DNA of 64,000 bases from positions 48,082 through 112,081 of the forward strand of contig JBBTCT010000009.1 of assembly GCA_038060895.1 (NCBI GenBank), read 5' to 3'. The DNA comes from Planctomycetota bacterium (GTDB taxonomy: Bacteria > Planctomycetota > MHYJ01 > WSZJ01). A model generated the notes under the pieces. The model did no database searches. It saw nothing but the letters and a program-made list of their open reading frames with translations, and was not told the origin of the DNA. This document shows, piece after piece, positions 9,771-20,705 of this stretch; positions within the stretch are counted from its first letter, which is position 1, and every line of letters starts with the position of its first letter. Made by a program: the position numbers and the translations under genes.

Positions 9771-10199
9771 GTGACTGCCGAGAAGGCTTACCTTTTCCGA
9801 CACGCCCTCCTGAGAGACGCCGCGTACCAGCTCCAGCTCCCCGGCGACCGGGCACGGCTCCATGCGCTGGCGTTCGCTGTGATCGAAGCGCTGGCCGGCG
9901 GGCGTGCGCCCGAGCCTGCGCCGCTGGACGCGGTGGAGGAGGTTACTCTTCAGCCCCACGCCACGGTTGCCTTCGCCCAGGAACTTGCATTGCACGCGCG
10001 TCTGGCGGAGGTCGAGCGCGGCTTGAAAGTTGATCCCATCCATTCGCGGCCCCGGATCGCCTTGCAACGGCTGTACTTGCGCCGCGCCGCCGAGCACGCG
10101 GACAAACAGTTCCGGCCGGAAGTCTCGCGGCTCCTGTGGGAACGGCACGCAGCACTCGTGAAAGCAGGCGTTCCGCCTCTCGACGAGGGAGGCGAGTGA
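9771..10199 (+). pseudogene. Truncated fragment of a STAND/adenylate-cyclase-associated TPR-type protein
   Basis: YLFRHALLRDAAY motif of the post-ATPase helical region; stops at 142 aa with no ATPase or TPR array. Confidence 0.5.
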
Positions 10200-10288
10200 T
10201 TCGCAAGATCCCAAAGCGTGTTCGCCGCATCTCGTGATCCCGTCGCTTTCGACATGTAGCATGCCCGCACTTCATCCCCGGAGCCCAC

Positions 10289-13200
10289 ATGCCAACCCGT
10301 TTCCTCCTCCTCCTTCTCCTGCAATTGCCGTTATGCGCTGACCCCGTCTCCTATCAGGTGCACCTCACCAGAGCCGGCGACAAAGCACCGCAATCCGGAA
10401 TCCGCGTCCGTCTCGACGACCGCATTGCTTTCTCGGACACCACGGGAGTCGCCCTCTTCGAGTATCTCCCCGCCCCCGCGAAGATTCTCGTCGTCGATTG
10501 CCCGCGCTTCGAGCGCGTCGAAATGGAAGCGGGCGCCGGCGGGAAAACGGAGATTGCCCTGGTCCCGCTCAAACGCTGCGACGTCGTGCTTGAGTGTGTG
10601 CTGGAAGACGGGGAAGCGGTCCCCGGTGCGCGCGTTACGCTGACCCGCAGCGGCAACGCGTATGCCGTGCTGCCGCTCGAGGGCGTTTCCGGTTTCGACG
10701 GGAAGCTGCCCTTCGCGGAGCTTCCGGGCGGCGAGTGGACGGTGGATGTCGTCGCGCCGGGGTGCGATCGACTGAAGACCTCGCTGGTTCTGGCGGAGGC
10801 CAAGGGGATCGCGAAGCTGGCACTCAAGCCCTCTGCCGCTTCCGTGAAAATCGAAGGCAGCTGCGCGCCGGGCGCGACGATCGACGCGGTGCGCGCTTCG
10901 CAGGGCGAGGAGGGGCTGAAGCCGGTCGCGACTGCGACGTGCGACGGTGCGGGGAGGTTCGCGATCGAAGTGCCGGCGCGGACGCGCGGCGCGGCCACGT
11001 CGCCGCACCGGGCGCTGCTGCGCGCCCGCAAGGAAGGGCACCTCGACACGTTTTTCGCGGTCGAGTACGCGGACCTGCGCGGCCCCGTGACGATCCCGCT
11101 GGCCGCGGCGCCGGGGACGATCGACGAGAAGGAGCCGAACGCGGATGCGCAGACCGCCACGGCGGCGCCGAAAGCGGGAACGGTTCGCTTCGCGATTTCC
11201 GAGAAGGGAGACCGCGACGTTTTTGCGCTGGAGCTGACGGAAGACGGATTGCTGACGATAAGGATCGCGAAGTGCCCGCTTTCGATGACGGCGCTTCTGT
11301 TCGACGCGCGCGGGATCGAGAAAGGGCGCGTGAATCAGTACGGCGGCCAGCCGCTCGAGTGGGGGCTTCCGCTGCCGTCGGGCCGGTGGCACCTGGGCTT
11401 TGAGGCGTGGGGAGGGCAGGAGACGCGTGCGGATCGGATCGAGGCGGTGCTGACGCTTGACGCCGCGGCTGACGCGCACGAGCGGAACGAAGAAGCGGCG
11501 ACGGGGGCGGCGATCGTGCCGGGGATCGAGACGTGGGGGGCGATTTTCCCGGCGAAGGACCGGGATGCGTACCGGGTGCGCGTGGATGCGGCCGGGCTGC
11601 TGAGAGTTCAGTTCGCGCCGCGACCGATCGCGCTGACGTGCACGATCCTCGACGGACGAGGACAGATCTGTGCCCTGGCCAACAACTACGGGAATCAGCC
11701 GCTCGACTTGACCGGGCACCTGCCGAAGGCCGGCGCCTACACGATTCTTGTGTCCCACTGGGGCGACTCCGAAAGCAGCATCGTGCCCTACCGCATGCGC
11801 ACCGACTTCGCGCCGGCGGGCATCGAGGAAATCGCCGCGGACCTTGCGCTGCCGCTCGACACGACCGTGAGCGGATCGATCAATCCCGTGAAGGACCGCG
11901 ACGCCTGGAAGATCGACATCCGCGAGTCGGGGACGCTCCGGGTCCGGGTCGCGCCGCGCGTGCTCGGCGTGACCCTCTCCGTGCTCGGCGCCGACCGGAA
12001 GCCGCTCGGGTCGGCGAACGCGTACGGCAACCAGGCCTGTGAGCTGGTCGTGTCGCTCCAGCGCCCCGGCTTCCACTTCGTCGAGGTCATGCACTGGGGA
12101 GACGCGGACGACTCGGCCCTTCCTTACATCCTCTCGAACGAATTCCACCCTAACGACTCCTGGGACGCGCGGCGCAACGAGACCGGCGCGTCGTCGTCGC
12201 GCATCTCGCTCGCGCGCACCGTCACCGGCGCGATCGCCACAGTGGGCGACCGCGACGTCTATCGCTTCCAGGTCCCGCGCAAGTCCATCCTCACTGCCGA
12301 TCTCCCCGGGTACGCGCTCGGCACCACGCTTCGCCTTACCGGCCCGTCGAAAAAGGAATTCGGCCTGACCAACAACTACGGCCATCAGCCGAACCGGCTC
12401 GTCGCCCAGGTCGTCGAGCCCGGCACCCACACGATGGGCGTCGAATGCTGGGGGAACGCCGACTGGACCCCGGACCGCTACCGGCTGCGCATCCGCCTCG
12501 ACCCCGAAGACCCCCTCGAGCCCAACAACGCGTACGCCGAGGCCACCCCTCTCGCGATCTCGCGCGGCCTCTCCGGCACAATTCTCCCCGTCGGCGACGT
12601 CGACGCGTACCGCGTCGACCTGCCCGAGAAGGGCATGTTCCGACTCTTCGTGACCGCAAATCCTCTCGGCCGCACCGCGCGCGTCATTGACGGGGCGGGG
12701 AAGGAAGTCCTGCTGGCGAACAACTACGGGAACCAGCCGATCGACATGAAGTGGGACAACCCGGCGCCGCAGCGCGTCTGGGTGAAGATCGAGAACTGGG
12801 GGAACTCCGAAGCCTCCCCGGTGCCGTACACCGTCTCGGTGACGCGCGAGAAAGATCCGCTGCCTCCGCGCGCGAAGCTCACCGTGTCTCCGGGAGGCAA
12901 GCCGCGCACGGCGGCGTTCACGCTGGCCGCGACGGAGGGCGAAGCAGCGTCGTTCCAGGCCGACCTGAACGGCGACGGGATTTTCGACGCTTCTACGGCG
13001 ACGTTCTCGAAGACGTGGGACCGCGGCGGCCACTACGCCGTCATGGCGCGCGTCGCGGGGAGCTCGGGCGACGGCTGGACCTTCGCATGGGTCGACGCGC
13101 GCGATCCAGCTGAAGAGCCTGACATCGAGGTCGAGTTCCTGCGCCCGGCACCCGGAGAAATCCTCCTCGCAGACACGACGGTGGAGTTCGACGCGTGGGG

Positions 13201-15367
13201 GCGCGACGGAAGCGCCGTCAGCGGCGCCACGCTGTACCTCGGCGAGGAAATCCTGGGTCAATTCGACCGGCCGCCCTACATCGCGACGCTTCCCGTCTCG
13301 AAGATCGCGGGCAAGGCGTCGAAGCTCCGCATCCTGGCGTGGAGCGAACGAGGATGGAAGGCGGCCGCGGAGCTGGAAGTGTCGGCGCCGCCGCTCGTGA
13401 ATCTCCGTCCCGAGCCGGGGGCCAGCGTGACTTCAGGCGGCGCCGTCGTCGAATGGGACACCGCCGAGGAGGGCCCTTCGGAAGTCGTTGTCGGCGGCAA
13501 AACCTTCACCGGATCCGCCGGCCGCCATCACGCCGTCGTCGTCTCCGGGCTCGAGGCCGGCGCCGCCCATACCTGGACGGCCCGCACGGGCACCCTGGCC
13601 TCCGAGCCGCGGGTCCTCAACTGCATCCGCGGGATTGAGTTCGCCGAGCGGCGGTACGAAGCGAAGATCGAGCGCGATTACGACCAGAAGGGCGTGGTGC
13701 GCGTCGTGAACCACGGCGCCGCGAAGGCTTCACTCGTCCTCCGCGTCGCTTCTGAACAGAAGGACCTCCTCGTCGGCTTCGTCGGCGAGGGCTCGCAGGA
13801 CACGAAGGTCTCTCTCGAGCCCGGGGAATACCGCGACGTCGCGCTCGGCCTTTCGGCGCAGGACGCGATGCAGGAGAAGTACGTCTTCCACGTGACCCTG
13901 GAGGGGTCGTTCGGTGCGGGGATGCACTCCGACAGCGTCGAGTTCGAAGTCGCAGTCCGGATGCCGAAGGTCTCGTACGAAGTAAAGGTCTCCGAACCCG
14001 ACCCCGGCACGCTCGCGCGCCGCGTCGAGATCGTCAACACCGGCGACACGATCACCGACTTCGGCGCTTCGCTCGACGAGTCATCTGGCGCCGTTCTCAC
14101 GCCCGCCGTGCGCCACGCGCGGCTGGAGGCCGGGCGAACGTTGACGCTTCTCGTGTCGCCGCACCTGACGCCGGACTGGAAGGACTTTGACGCGAAGCTG
14201 TCTCTTCGCGGAGTCCACATGAAGAAAGAAACCGCGCTGTCGTTCAAGCTCCCGGCGGGGAAGCGGATTGTGCGGGCCGTCGTGGGGTCGCGGCAGGACA
14301 ACACCGCCAACGACTGGATCTGCACGAACCGTCCCGACGCGACGACGGGGTTGAGCGTGCCCGCCGGACCGACGACGGGATCGCCCGTTGACCTGACGGC
14401 GCCGCCCCCACCTCCGCTGAAGCCGCCGGAACCGCCCAAGCCCGGCTCCCCGGAAAAGATCTGCGCGGACATCATCGCCATGCTGGAAAAGGCGATGAAA
14501 GAGGGCGGGTACGTGCCGGAGTGGAACCTCGATGACTTCTGGTCTGCGCTCAATTACACCGAGGCGGTCTCCAGCACGTTCAACCCGGCGCGGCGCCATG
14601 TCGGGAACCTGCACCTGGGCAAGCATCTCGATACAGAGGATGGCGGGACTGACTTCAACGGCAACGCCTTCAAACCAGTCCGCACCGGTCATGAGGTCGA
14701 ACTGTACAAGGAGCTGAAGAAGTTCGTCCGCAATGGCTGGATCGGCCCCGACGGCAAGCCGCGGCCACTCGATCACGCGCAGGTCCTCGAGATGGCGCTG
14801 CGCGTGTCGAAGACCCAGAAAGGCACTTCCAACGTTCCCCTCGCGATCCTCACGTCGCACAACGTCATCCGCATCCTCGCCCGCGCCCAGCAGTGGGATG
14901 GCCCCGGGATGACCGGCGACTACGGCCATAACCAGTTCGATCCGATGTGGCCCGTCCTGCAGGACCTCCGGGGCGTGCAGTCGGTTGACGACGGACCGAC
15001 GCTTGGGAACGAACTCGTCGGACTCGGGAAGACCCGCGCCCTGATGGCCGGGAAACCAGGCTCGTACGCGCTCGACCTGTTCGATGCGAAGTCGGAAAAG
15101 CCGCTCTTCGTCGGCCTTCCCGGAAGTGACGAATCTTCCTCGCTGAACGGCGGTTCCCATTACTACCTCTGGATCGGCATGCTCGGGCGCGGAGTCCTCG
15201 GGAGGGTCGCGACGATCCTCGGGGTGGTGAAGGAGCAGATCGTGAAGTGGCAGATGGGCGACGGCGAGCGGGGCGGCAAGGAAGGCGGCTACGCGAACAA
15301 GGGGCAGGACGTCGTGACTTGCGTAACCGAAGCGCTGGAACGGATGCAGAAGGAGAAGCAGAAATGA
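10289..15367 (+). CDS. Large secreted multidomain protein (carboxypeptidase-regulatory-like, five PPC-like repeats, PKD/Ig/FN3-like, distinct C-terminal domain)
   Basis: Signal peptide; repeats with EPN, DRDxY, NxYGxQP and WG; Pro-rich linker before the last ~300 aa. Confidence 0.8.
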   Translation: MPTRFLLLLLLQLPLCADPVSYQVHLTRAGDKAPQSGIRVRLDDRIAFSDTTGVALFEYLPAPAKILVVDCPRFERVEMEAGAGGKTEIALVPLKRCDVVLECVLEDGEAVPGARVTLTRSGNAYAVLPLEGVSGFDGKLPFAELPGGEWTVDVVAPGCDRLKTSLVLAEAKGIAKLALKPSAASVKIEGSCAPGATIDAVRASQGEEGLKPVATATCDGAGRFAIEVPARTRGAATSPHRALLRARKEGHLDTFFAVEYADLRGPVTIPLAAAPGTIDEKEPNADAQTATAAPKAGTVRFAISEKGDRDVFALELTEDGLLTIRIAKCPLSMTALLFDARGIEKGRVNQYGGQPLEWGLPLPSGRWHLGFEAWGGQETRADRIEAVLTLDAAADAHERNEEAATGAAIVPGIETWGAIFPAKDRDAYRVRVDAAGLLRVQFAPRPIALTCTILDGRGQICALANNYGNQPLDLTGHLPKAGAYTILVSHWGDSESSIVPYRMRTDFAPAGIEEIAADLALPLDTTVSGSINPVKDRDAWKIDIRESGTLRVRVAPRVLGVTLSVLGADRKPLGSANAYGNQACELVVSLQRPGFHFVEVMHWGDADDSALPYILSNEFHPNDSWDARRNETGASSSRISLARTVTGAIATVGDRDVYRFQVPRKSILTADLPGYALGTTLRLTGPSKKEFGLTNNYGHQPNRLVAQVVEPGTHTMGVECWGNADWTPDRYRLRIRLDPEDPLEPNNAYAEATPLAISRGLSGTILPVGDVDAYRVDLPEKGMFRLFVTANPLGRTARVIDGAGKEVLLANNYGNQPIDMKWDNPAPQRVWVKIENWGNSEASPVPYTVSVTREKDPLPPRAKLTVSPGGKPRTAAFTLAATEGEAASFQADLNGDGIFDASTATFSKTWDRGGHYAVMARVAGSSGDGWTFAWVDARDPAEEPDIEVEFLRPAPGEILLADTTVEFDAWGRDGSAVSGATLYLGEEILGQFDRPPYIATLPVSKIAGKASKLRILAWSERGWKAAAELEVSAPPLVNLRPEPGASVTSGGAVVEWDTAEEGPSEVVVGGKTFTGSAGRHHAVVVSGLEAGAAHTWTARTGTLASEPRVLNCIRGIEFAERRYEAKIERDYDQKGVVRVVNHGAAKASLVLRVASEQKDLLVGFVGEGSQDTKVSLEPGEYRDVALGLSAQDAMQEKYVFHVTLEGSFGAGMHSDSVEFEVAVRMPKVSYEVKVSEPDPGTLARRVEIVNTGDTITDFGASLDESSGAVLTPAVRHARLEAGRTLTLLVSPHLTPDWKDFDAKLSLRGVHMKKETALSFKLPAGKRIVRAVVGSRQDNTANDWICTNRPDATTGLSVPAGPTTGSPVDLTAPPPPPLKPPEPPKPGSPEKICADIIAMLEKAMKEGGYVPEWNLDDFWSALNYTEAVSSTFNPARRHVGNLHLGKHLDTEDGGTDFNGNAFKPVRTGHEVELYKELKKFVRNGWIGPDGKPRPLDHAQVLEMALRVSKTQKGTSNVPLAILTSHNVIRILARAQQWDGPGMTGDYGHNQFDPMWPVLQDLRGVQSVDDGPTLGNELVGLGKTRALMAGKPGSYALDLFDAKSEKPLFVGLPGSDESSSLNGGSHYYLWIGMLGRGVLGRVATILGVVKEQIVKWQMGDGERGGKEGGYANKGQDVVTCVTEALERMQKEKQK

Positions 15368-17370
15368 ACAGGACCCTCGCGATCCTGGCGTTTGCGGCCG
15401 TCACGGCTGCAGGAGAGACCGTTGTGCTCGAGGAGGATGCGCTCCGCGGCCTTGTCGCCGCGAGACCGCCCTCGGCCATTTCCATCCTGCAGGGGACGAA
15501 GCCGGGAGACCCGGCGCGCGCGCCCGCCAACGTTGAACTCCAGGAGGCTCTCTGCAATCCGGACGCGGTCTGGAGCGTGGTGCGCCACTCGCCGGCGGAG
15601 TCGCTCACGTTCATCATGGTCAAGGGCGCCCAATCGTGGACGACCTCGTCGAGCGCGGACAAGTTCACGGTCACCGGCCCGCTTCGGGGTGATGCCGCGG
15701 ACCTCGCCGTCGCCGCGGCCGGGTTCGGCGGCTCGGAAAAGGCCATCGACGCGACGGGTGAACTCCTGAACGAGGAACTCCAGCTCCTCAGGCTCGTCTC
15801 GCGGTGGAAGGACGGCGATGCGACCGCGGAAAACCTCGCGGCCCGCGCGCTCGCGCTCTGCGGCATGCCCGCCGACACGGTCGGCCTGGCCCTGCGTTCA
15901 CTGCAGGATGCGGGCTGGATCGTCGCCGAGAATGCCCAGGGCGCGCGCGTCCTCAGAGCCGCGCGCCCCGAACTCGCTCAAGCTCTCACCGCTTCCGCGG
16001 ACGTCGTGGAAATCAGCCGCCTGGATGCCGGTGGAAGAGCAGGGCCCGTGACATTTGCGTCGTCGGCCGCGGGCACCGTCGCCCGCGCCGCTTCGAAATT
16101 CGAAGGCCTCGCGACCCCCCGCGCCGCGGCCGCAGCGGCGCTTCTCCGAAAACTCGCGCCGCGCGCGCCTGACGCCGCCGGTGCCCGGGGCGGGGACGCG
16201 ATCCGCGCGGAGATCGAGAAAGGCATCTTCCGCCTCGGGCAGGCTACCTCGACGCGGGAAGCGTTCGGCCACGGGCAGCCCGACACGTGGCGCGTCGACA
16301 AGGTGGCCGAGTACCAGGACACGACCGGCTCCGGCGCGATCGACTGGGTGAAAGTCGACGACTTCGGAACCGGGAAGTGGACGCGGTCGTACGTGCTGCT
16401 CGACGGGAAGTGGCAGGAGTCCAACATCCTGGACGTCTTCCTCGAGATCGAGTTCAAGCTCCCGTGGGACCGCTCCGCGTACCACCCGCACAACGTCGAC
16501 ATCCGGCTCAACGGGAAGACGATCGCGACGCTCGAGGACACGCTGCCGGAAGGCTGGTACCGCTTCCAGCTTCGCCCGCAGGACGTGCAGATTCCCAAGG
16601 GGGCCGGCGCGACCAACGAAGTCCGGCTCGTCACGACGCACCTCCGCGGCGGCCACTACGTCGTTTCAACGTCGTTCAACCTCGCGTTCCAGCTCGGCAC
16701 CGTCTCGCGTTACGTCATTGCCGCGGACGAAGAAGAAGCTCACAAGATCCTCATGGAAAGCGGCAAATTCACGAGTGGTGGCGTCGATGCGGCGCTCTAC
16801 TCGAACGAGTGGACGGCCTCCAGCATGCGCCCGAAGGACGGCGAGCCCGTGACGCTGCGCGGCCTCGTCCGCAACCTTGGCGGAAACCCGATCCCCGGCG
16901 GGCGCCTGGTTGTCCTCGAGGGCGGCATGGAAGTCGCTTCCCGCGATCTCCCCGCCGTCGGCGGCGCGGATCTCGCCGCGTGCGAGATCGCGGTCAAGCT
17001 CACGCCCGGGATTCATCGGCTGACGGTCACGGCCACAACCGACGGCGACCCGCGCCCGCTGAACAACGCGGTTCCGTTCGAGATCCGCTGCGGCGGCGAC
17101 GACGTGAAGCCTGACCTGGCGGTGACGGCGCCTGCGGAAGGCGGGAAGGCGGCGCCCGGAGAAATCTCCGTCTCCGGCACCGCCGCCGACAATGTCGGCC
17201 TGAAGGCGATCGAAATCAGCGTGAACGGCGGCCTCTGGATTTCCGTTACTCCGGCGGCGGCCTGGGAAGCGAAAGTGACGATCGGAAAGGGGCCGCAGCG
17301 GATCCGGGTGCGGTGCGTCGACACCAGCGGGAACGCGAACGAAGTCGTGAGGGTGATCGAGGGACGGTAG
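15364..17370 (+). CDS. Secreted protein with CARDB-like and Ig-like C-terminal domains
   Basis: ATGA overlap with upstream stop; signal peptide MNRTLAILAFAAVTAA; VRNLGG...LNNA; SGTAADNVG...DTSGN. Confidence 0.78.
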   Translation: MNRTLAILAFAAVTAAGETVVLEEDALRGLVAARPPSAISILQGTKPGDPARAPANVELQEALCNPDAVWSVVRHSPAESLTFIMVKGAQSWTTSSSADKFTVTGPLRGDAADLAVAAAGFGGSEKAIDATGELLNEELQLLRLVSRWKDGDATAENLAARALALCGMPADTVGLALRSLQDAGWIVAENAQGARVLRAARPELAQALTASADVVEISRLDAGGRAGPVTFASSAAGTVARAASKFEGLATPRAAAAAALLRKLAPRAPDAAGARGGDAIRAEIEKGIFRLGQATSTREAFGHGQPDTWRVDKVAEYQDTTGSGAIDWVKVDDFGTGKWTRSYVLLDGKWQESNILDVFLEIEFKLPWDRSAYHPHNVDIRLNGKTIATLEDTLPEGWYRFQLRPQDVQIPKGAGATNEVRLVTTHLRGGHYVVSTSFNLAFQLGTVSRYVIAADEEEAHKILMESGKFTSGGVDAALYSNEWTASSMRPKDGEPVTLRGLVRNLGGNPIPGGRLVVLEGGMEVASRDLPAVGGADLAACEIAVKLTPGIHRLTVTATTDGDPRPLNNAVPFEIRCGGDDVKPDLAVTAPAEGGKAAPGEISVSGTAADNVGLKAIEISVNGGLWISVTPAAAWEAKVTIGKGPQRIRVRCVDTSGNANEVVRVIEGR

Positions 17371-17438
17371 TGCCGGGAACGCGGTGAGCGCCTGAATCGG
17401 CTTGCGACGAGGGGCGCGGCTCAGGTACGGTCGGTTTC

Positions 17439-18671
17439 ATGCTCCGGCGCTCGCGGCCGAAATGGATACATCAGCGGGTTCGCCCGCTGGCGCTAGTGTT
17501 TCAAGCTGCTGCGGCAGCGCTTCTCCTTCTCGCGATCGGCTGCCAACCGGCTCGGGAAGACGCTCCGCCGCGAGGAAAGCGCCGGGAGACTTCCGGCTCG
17601 ATTCGGCTGGTGGGTGAAGTTCCCCTTACACACCTGCCGGATCCGTCCACCGACACGATCGTCTGCCAATGCAGGCCGAAATTGCGCACCAGCCCGGACG
17701 ACTGGACGTACCGGATCATGAAAATGGACGGCAGGGGCGAAAACGTCACGGACCTCGGCCCCGGAGAGTATCCCGCCCCGTCGCCGGACGGCCGCTCCGT
17801 CGCGTGCGTCCGCATTCGCGATTTCGACGGGGATCTGTGCGTAGTCCCGCTGGCGAACCCGGGCAAGGTTCGGGTCAGATCTCCGGAGCCCGCCGACGGC
17901 GCGGCGTCGTGGCGACCCGACGGAGTCCCGGCCTGGAGTCCCGACGGAACCCGGGTCGCGTTTCCCGTCTGGATCGAGAACTCGGAGCGAGGAATCGCGG
18001 TCCTCGACCTGCCCACCGACCGCGTCACAGTCCGAGGCGTGGGCGACGCGAGTCTCCTCATCTGGTCTGGCGACGGAAGAAGTGTTCTCTTCCGGAAGGG
18101 CGTCGAATGGGACCAGTTCGGCTGCTTCCGCGAAACCTATTACGGTCTGTTCCGAATGGACGCGGGCACGGGAGAATCAACCCGGGTCGGCGACAAGCTG
18201 TTGTGCACCTGGGCGATCGCGACCGTTCCAGACTCACCCCGGGCCCTGGTCGTTCTCACAAAGTCCGGGCAAGAACCGACTCTCTCCCTCGTCGACACCT
18301 TGTCTGGAGAGGAGACGCGCATCTCGGTCGGACTTTCAATATCCGAAGGACCGGTCTGGATCGATCCGGGAAAACGTGCGGTCCTTGCCTGTCGCGATGC
18401 CGGCGAAGCGCGGAATCTGGTTCTCGTGGAACTCGACCACGATCATGGAGTTGTTCGATCTATGGCGTGTCCGCCCGGAGCAGACAGAGCCCTGCACCTG
18501 TGCTGGCTTCCCGGCAGTTCCCGGATCCTCGGGTGGTTTCAGCGGATTGAAGCGAACCAGATTCAGGAGGACTTCCTGTCCTGCGTCGACCTGGGAGCGA
18601 AGAAAGCCGAACGAATCGGCCCGGCCCACCTGGACCTGGAGCTTCCCCAGGTCTGTCCATTGCGGCGCTAG
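17439..18671 (+). CDS. TolB-like (PD40) beta-propeller lipoprotein
   Basis: Lipobox LLAIGC; PSPDGR, WSPDGT, WSGDGR repeats; start uncertain. Confidence 0.75.
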   Translation: MLRRSRPKWIHQRVRPLALVFQAAAAALLLLAIGCQPAREDAPPRGKRRETSGSIRLVGEVPLTHLPDPSTDTIVCQCRPKLRTSPDDWTYRIMKMDGRGENVTDLGPGEYPAPSPDGRSVACVRIRDFDGDLCVVPLANPGKVRVRSPEPADGAASWRPDGVPAWSPDGTRVAFPVWIENSERGIAVLDLPTDRVTVRGVGDASLLIWSGDGRSVLFRKGVEWDQFGCFRETYYGLFRMDAGTGESTRVGDKLLCTWAIATVPDSPRALVVLTKSGQEPTLSLVDTLSGEETRISVGLSISEGPVWIDPGKRAVLACRDAGEARNLVLVELDHDHGVVRSMACPPGADRALHLCWLPGSSRILGWFQRIEANQIQEDFLSCVDLGAKKAERIGPAHLDLELPQVCPLRR

Positions 18672-18797
18672 GAAGGTCTTCCCGCCCCGGCCGTAGCTGC
18701 ATTTTTCTACACCGCCCACTTCCCCCTGCTAACCTCGCGCTCCCTCAGGAACTTCCGTTCGAACCTTTTCTTCCCTTCCTTGTTCTAAGGTAGACCC

Positions 18798-20621
18798 ATG
18801 TTCACCCTGAAACGCACGCATACCTGCGGCGCCCTCCGCGCCGCCGACGCCGGATCCACCGTCAACCTGAACGGGTGGGTGGAAGCGGTCCGGGACCACG
18901 GAAGCGTCGCCTTCCTGATCCTCCGGGACCGGTATGGCCTGACGCAGGTGGTGTTTAAGAAGGATGCGAACGAACCGCTCTTCAAGCGTGCGCAGGCGCT
19001 TCGCGCGGAATTTGTCGTCGCTGTGAAAGGGGCCGTGCGGCAGCGCGCTGCAGAGACCGTGCGCAAGGAGCAGCCCACGGGCGAGATCGAGATCGAAGCG
19101 CAGGAGATGGAAATCCTGAACGAATCGGCGGTTCCGCCCTTTGAGATCCTGGACAACCTGAATGTTTCGGACGAATTGCGCCTCAAGTACCGCTACCTCG
19201 ACATGCGCCGCAAGCCGATGCAGCGCAACATGATGACGCGGCACAAGATCATCGCCGCGTTCCGCGAGTCGATGGACCAGCAGGGCTTCCTCGACCTCGA
19301 CACGCCGATCCTCATCAAGAACACACCCGGCGGCGCGCGCAACTTCCTCGTGCCCTCGCGCCTCCACGAAGGCCAGTTCTTCGCCCTCGCCGAATCGCCG
19401 CAGATCTTCAAGCAGCTCTTCCAGGTCGCCGGCATGGATCGCTACTTCCAGGTCTGCAAATGCTTCCGCGACGAGGACCTGCGCGCCGACCGGCAGCCGG
19501 AGTTCACGCAGTTCGACCTCGAGATGTCGTTCGTGGACGAAGAGGACGTGCAGGCGGCCGTCGAGCACGCGGTGTCGAACGTGTTCAAGAAGGTGCTCGG
19601 CGTGGAGTTGAAGCGGCCCTTCCCGAAGATGACGTACGCCGAAGCGATGGACAAGTACGGCTCCGACAAGCCGGACATCCGGTTCGGCATGCACCTCGTG
19701 GACGTCTCCGACCTCGCGAAGGCGAGCGCGTTCCGCGTTTTTAGCGAAGCGATTGCCACGGGCGGCGTGGTGAAGGGCCTTTGCGTCGCCGGCGGCGGCA
19801 CGATGAGCCGCAAGGAAATCGACGACCTGACGACCTATGTGAAGGGGAACGGCGCGAAGGGGCTGGTCTGGCTGAAGGGGGAGGCCGGGACGCTCGGCGG
19901 ATCGAGCGCGAAGAACTTCAAGCCGGAGGAGCTGGCCGCGCTGCGCGAGAAGATGGGCGCGAAGGACGGCGACATGCTGTTTTTCGTCGCCGACGAGAAG
20001 GGCCGCTGCAAGGTGGCGCTCGGCGGGCTGCGCACGCATCTCGGTGCGAAGCTCAAGCTGATCAAAGAGGGCACGTGGGAACCCTTCTGGGTCGTCGAGT
20101 TCCCGATGTTCGAAGAAGGCCCCGAAGGGCGCCCGCAGGCGAAGCACCACGTGTTTACCTCACCCAAGCCCGAAGACCTCCCGCTCCTCGAATCCGAACC
20201 TCTCAAGGTGCGCGCCCGCGCCTACGACCTCGTCCTCAACGGCGTCGAACTCGGCGGCGGCTCCATCCGGATCCACCGCAAGGACGTCCAGGCGCGCATC
20301 CTCGCCGTCATCGGCCTCCAGGAGTCCGACATCCGCGAAAAGTTCGGCTTCATGCTCGACGCCTTCGACTTCGGCGCCCCGCCGCACGGCGGCATCGCCC
20401 TCGGCGTGGACCGCTTCGTCATGCTCCTCCTCGGCCTCGACACGATCCGCGACGTCATCCCGTACCCGAAGACACAAAAGGGCCAGTGCCTCATGCAGAA
20501 CGCGCCGAGCGGCATCATTCCGAAGCAGCTAGACGAGCTTCACATTGCGCTGAAACCCGCGGGTCCGCCGAAGCCCGCCTTAGCGGGCGAAGGCGGATCG
20601 ACGCCGGAAAAGAAAACGTAG
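18798..20621 (+). CDS. aspS: Aspartate--tRNA ligase
   Basis: RTHTCG, RDHG, LKYRYLD, CFRDEDLRADRQPEFTQ, GAPPHGGIALG. Confidence 0.98.
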   Translation: MFTLKRTHTCGALRAADAGSTVNLNGWVEAVRDHGSVAFLILRDRYGLTQVVFKKDANEPLFKRAQALRAEFVVAVKGAVRQRAAETVRKEQPTGEIEIEAQEMEILNESAVPPFEILDNLNVSDELRLKYRYLDMRRKPMQRNMMTRHKIIAAFRESMDQQGFLDLDTPILIKNTPGGARNFLVPSRLHEGQFFALAESPQIFKQLFQVAGMDRYFQVCKCFRDEDLRADRQPEFTQFDLEMSFVDEEDVQAAVEHAVSNVFKKVLGVELKRPFPKMTYAEAMDKYGSDKPDIRFGMHLVDVSDLAKASAFRVFSEAIATGGVVKGLCVAGGGTMSRKEIDDLTTYVKGNGAKGLVWLKGEAGTLGGSSAKNFKPEELAALREKMGAKDGDMLFFVADEKGRCKVALGGLRTHLGAKLKLIKEGTWEPFWVVEFPMFEEGPEGRPQAKHHVFTSPKPEDLPLLESEPLKVRARAYDLVLNGVELGGGSIRIHRKDVQARILAVIGLQESDIREKFGFMLDAFDFGAPPHGGIALGVDRFVMLLLGLDTIRDVIPYPKTQKGQCLMQNAPSGIIPKQLDELHIALKPAGPPKPALAGEGGSTPEKKT

Positions 20622-20705
20622 CGCGGCGGGCCTCGCCGCCCGCTCGCGGGGAAGGAAACCAGCGCCTTCCTCCCTCGCGGATGGGCGGCGAAGCACTCGA
20701 TACCC

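Noticed and set aside
9699-10262. N-terminal extension of the ABC ATPase ORF (likewise for argG, pheS, murE, murF, murB, moeA)
   Set aside because: The extensions overlap other genes or repeats; downstream starts match the family N-termini, several with an SD.
15364-15367. Frameshift splitting one giant gene
   Set aside because: The junction is a standard ATGA coupling and the second ORF has its own signal peptide.
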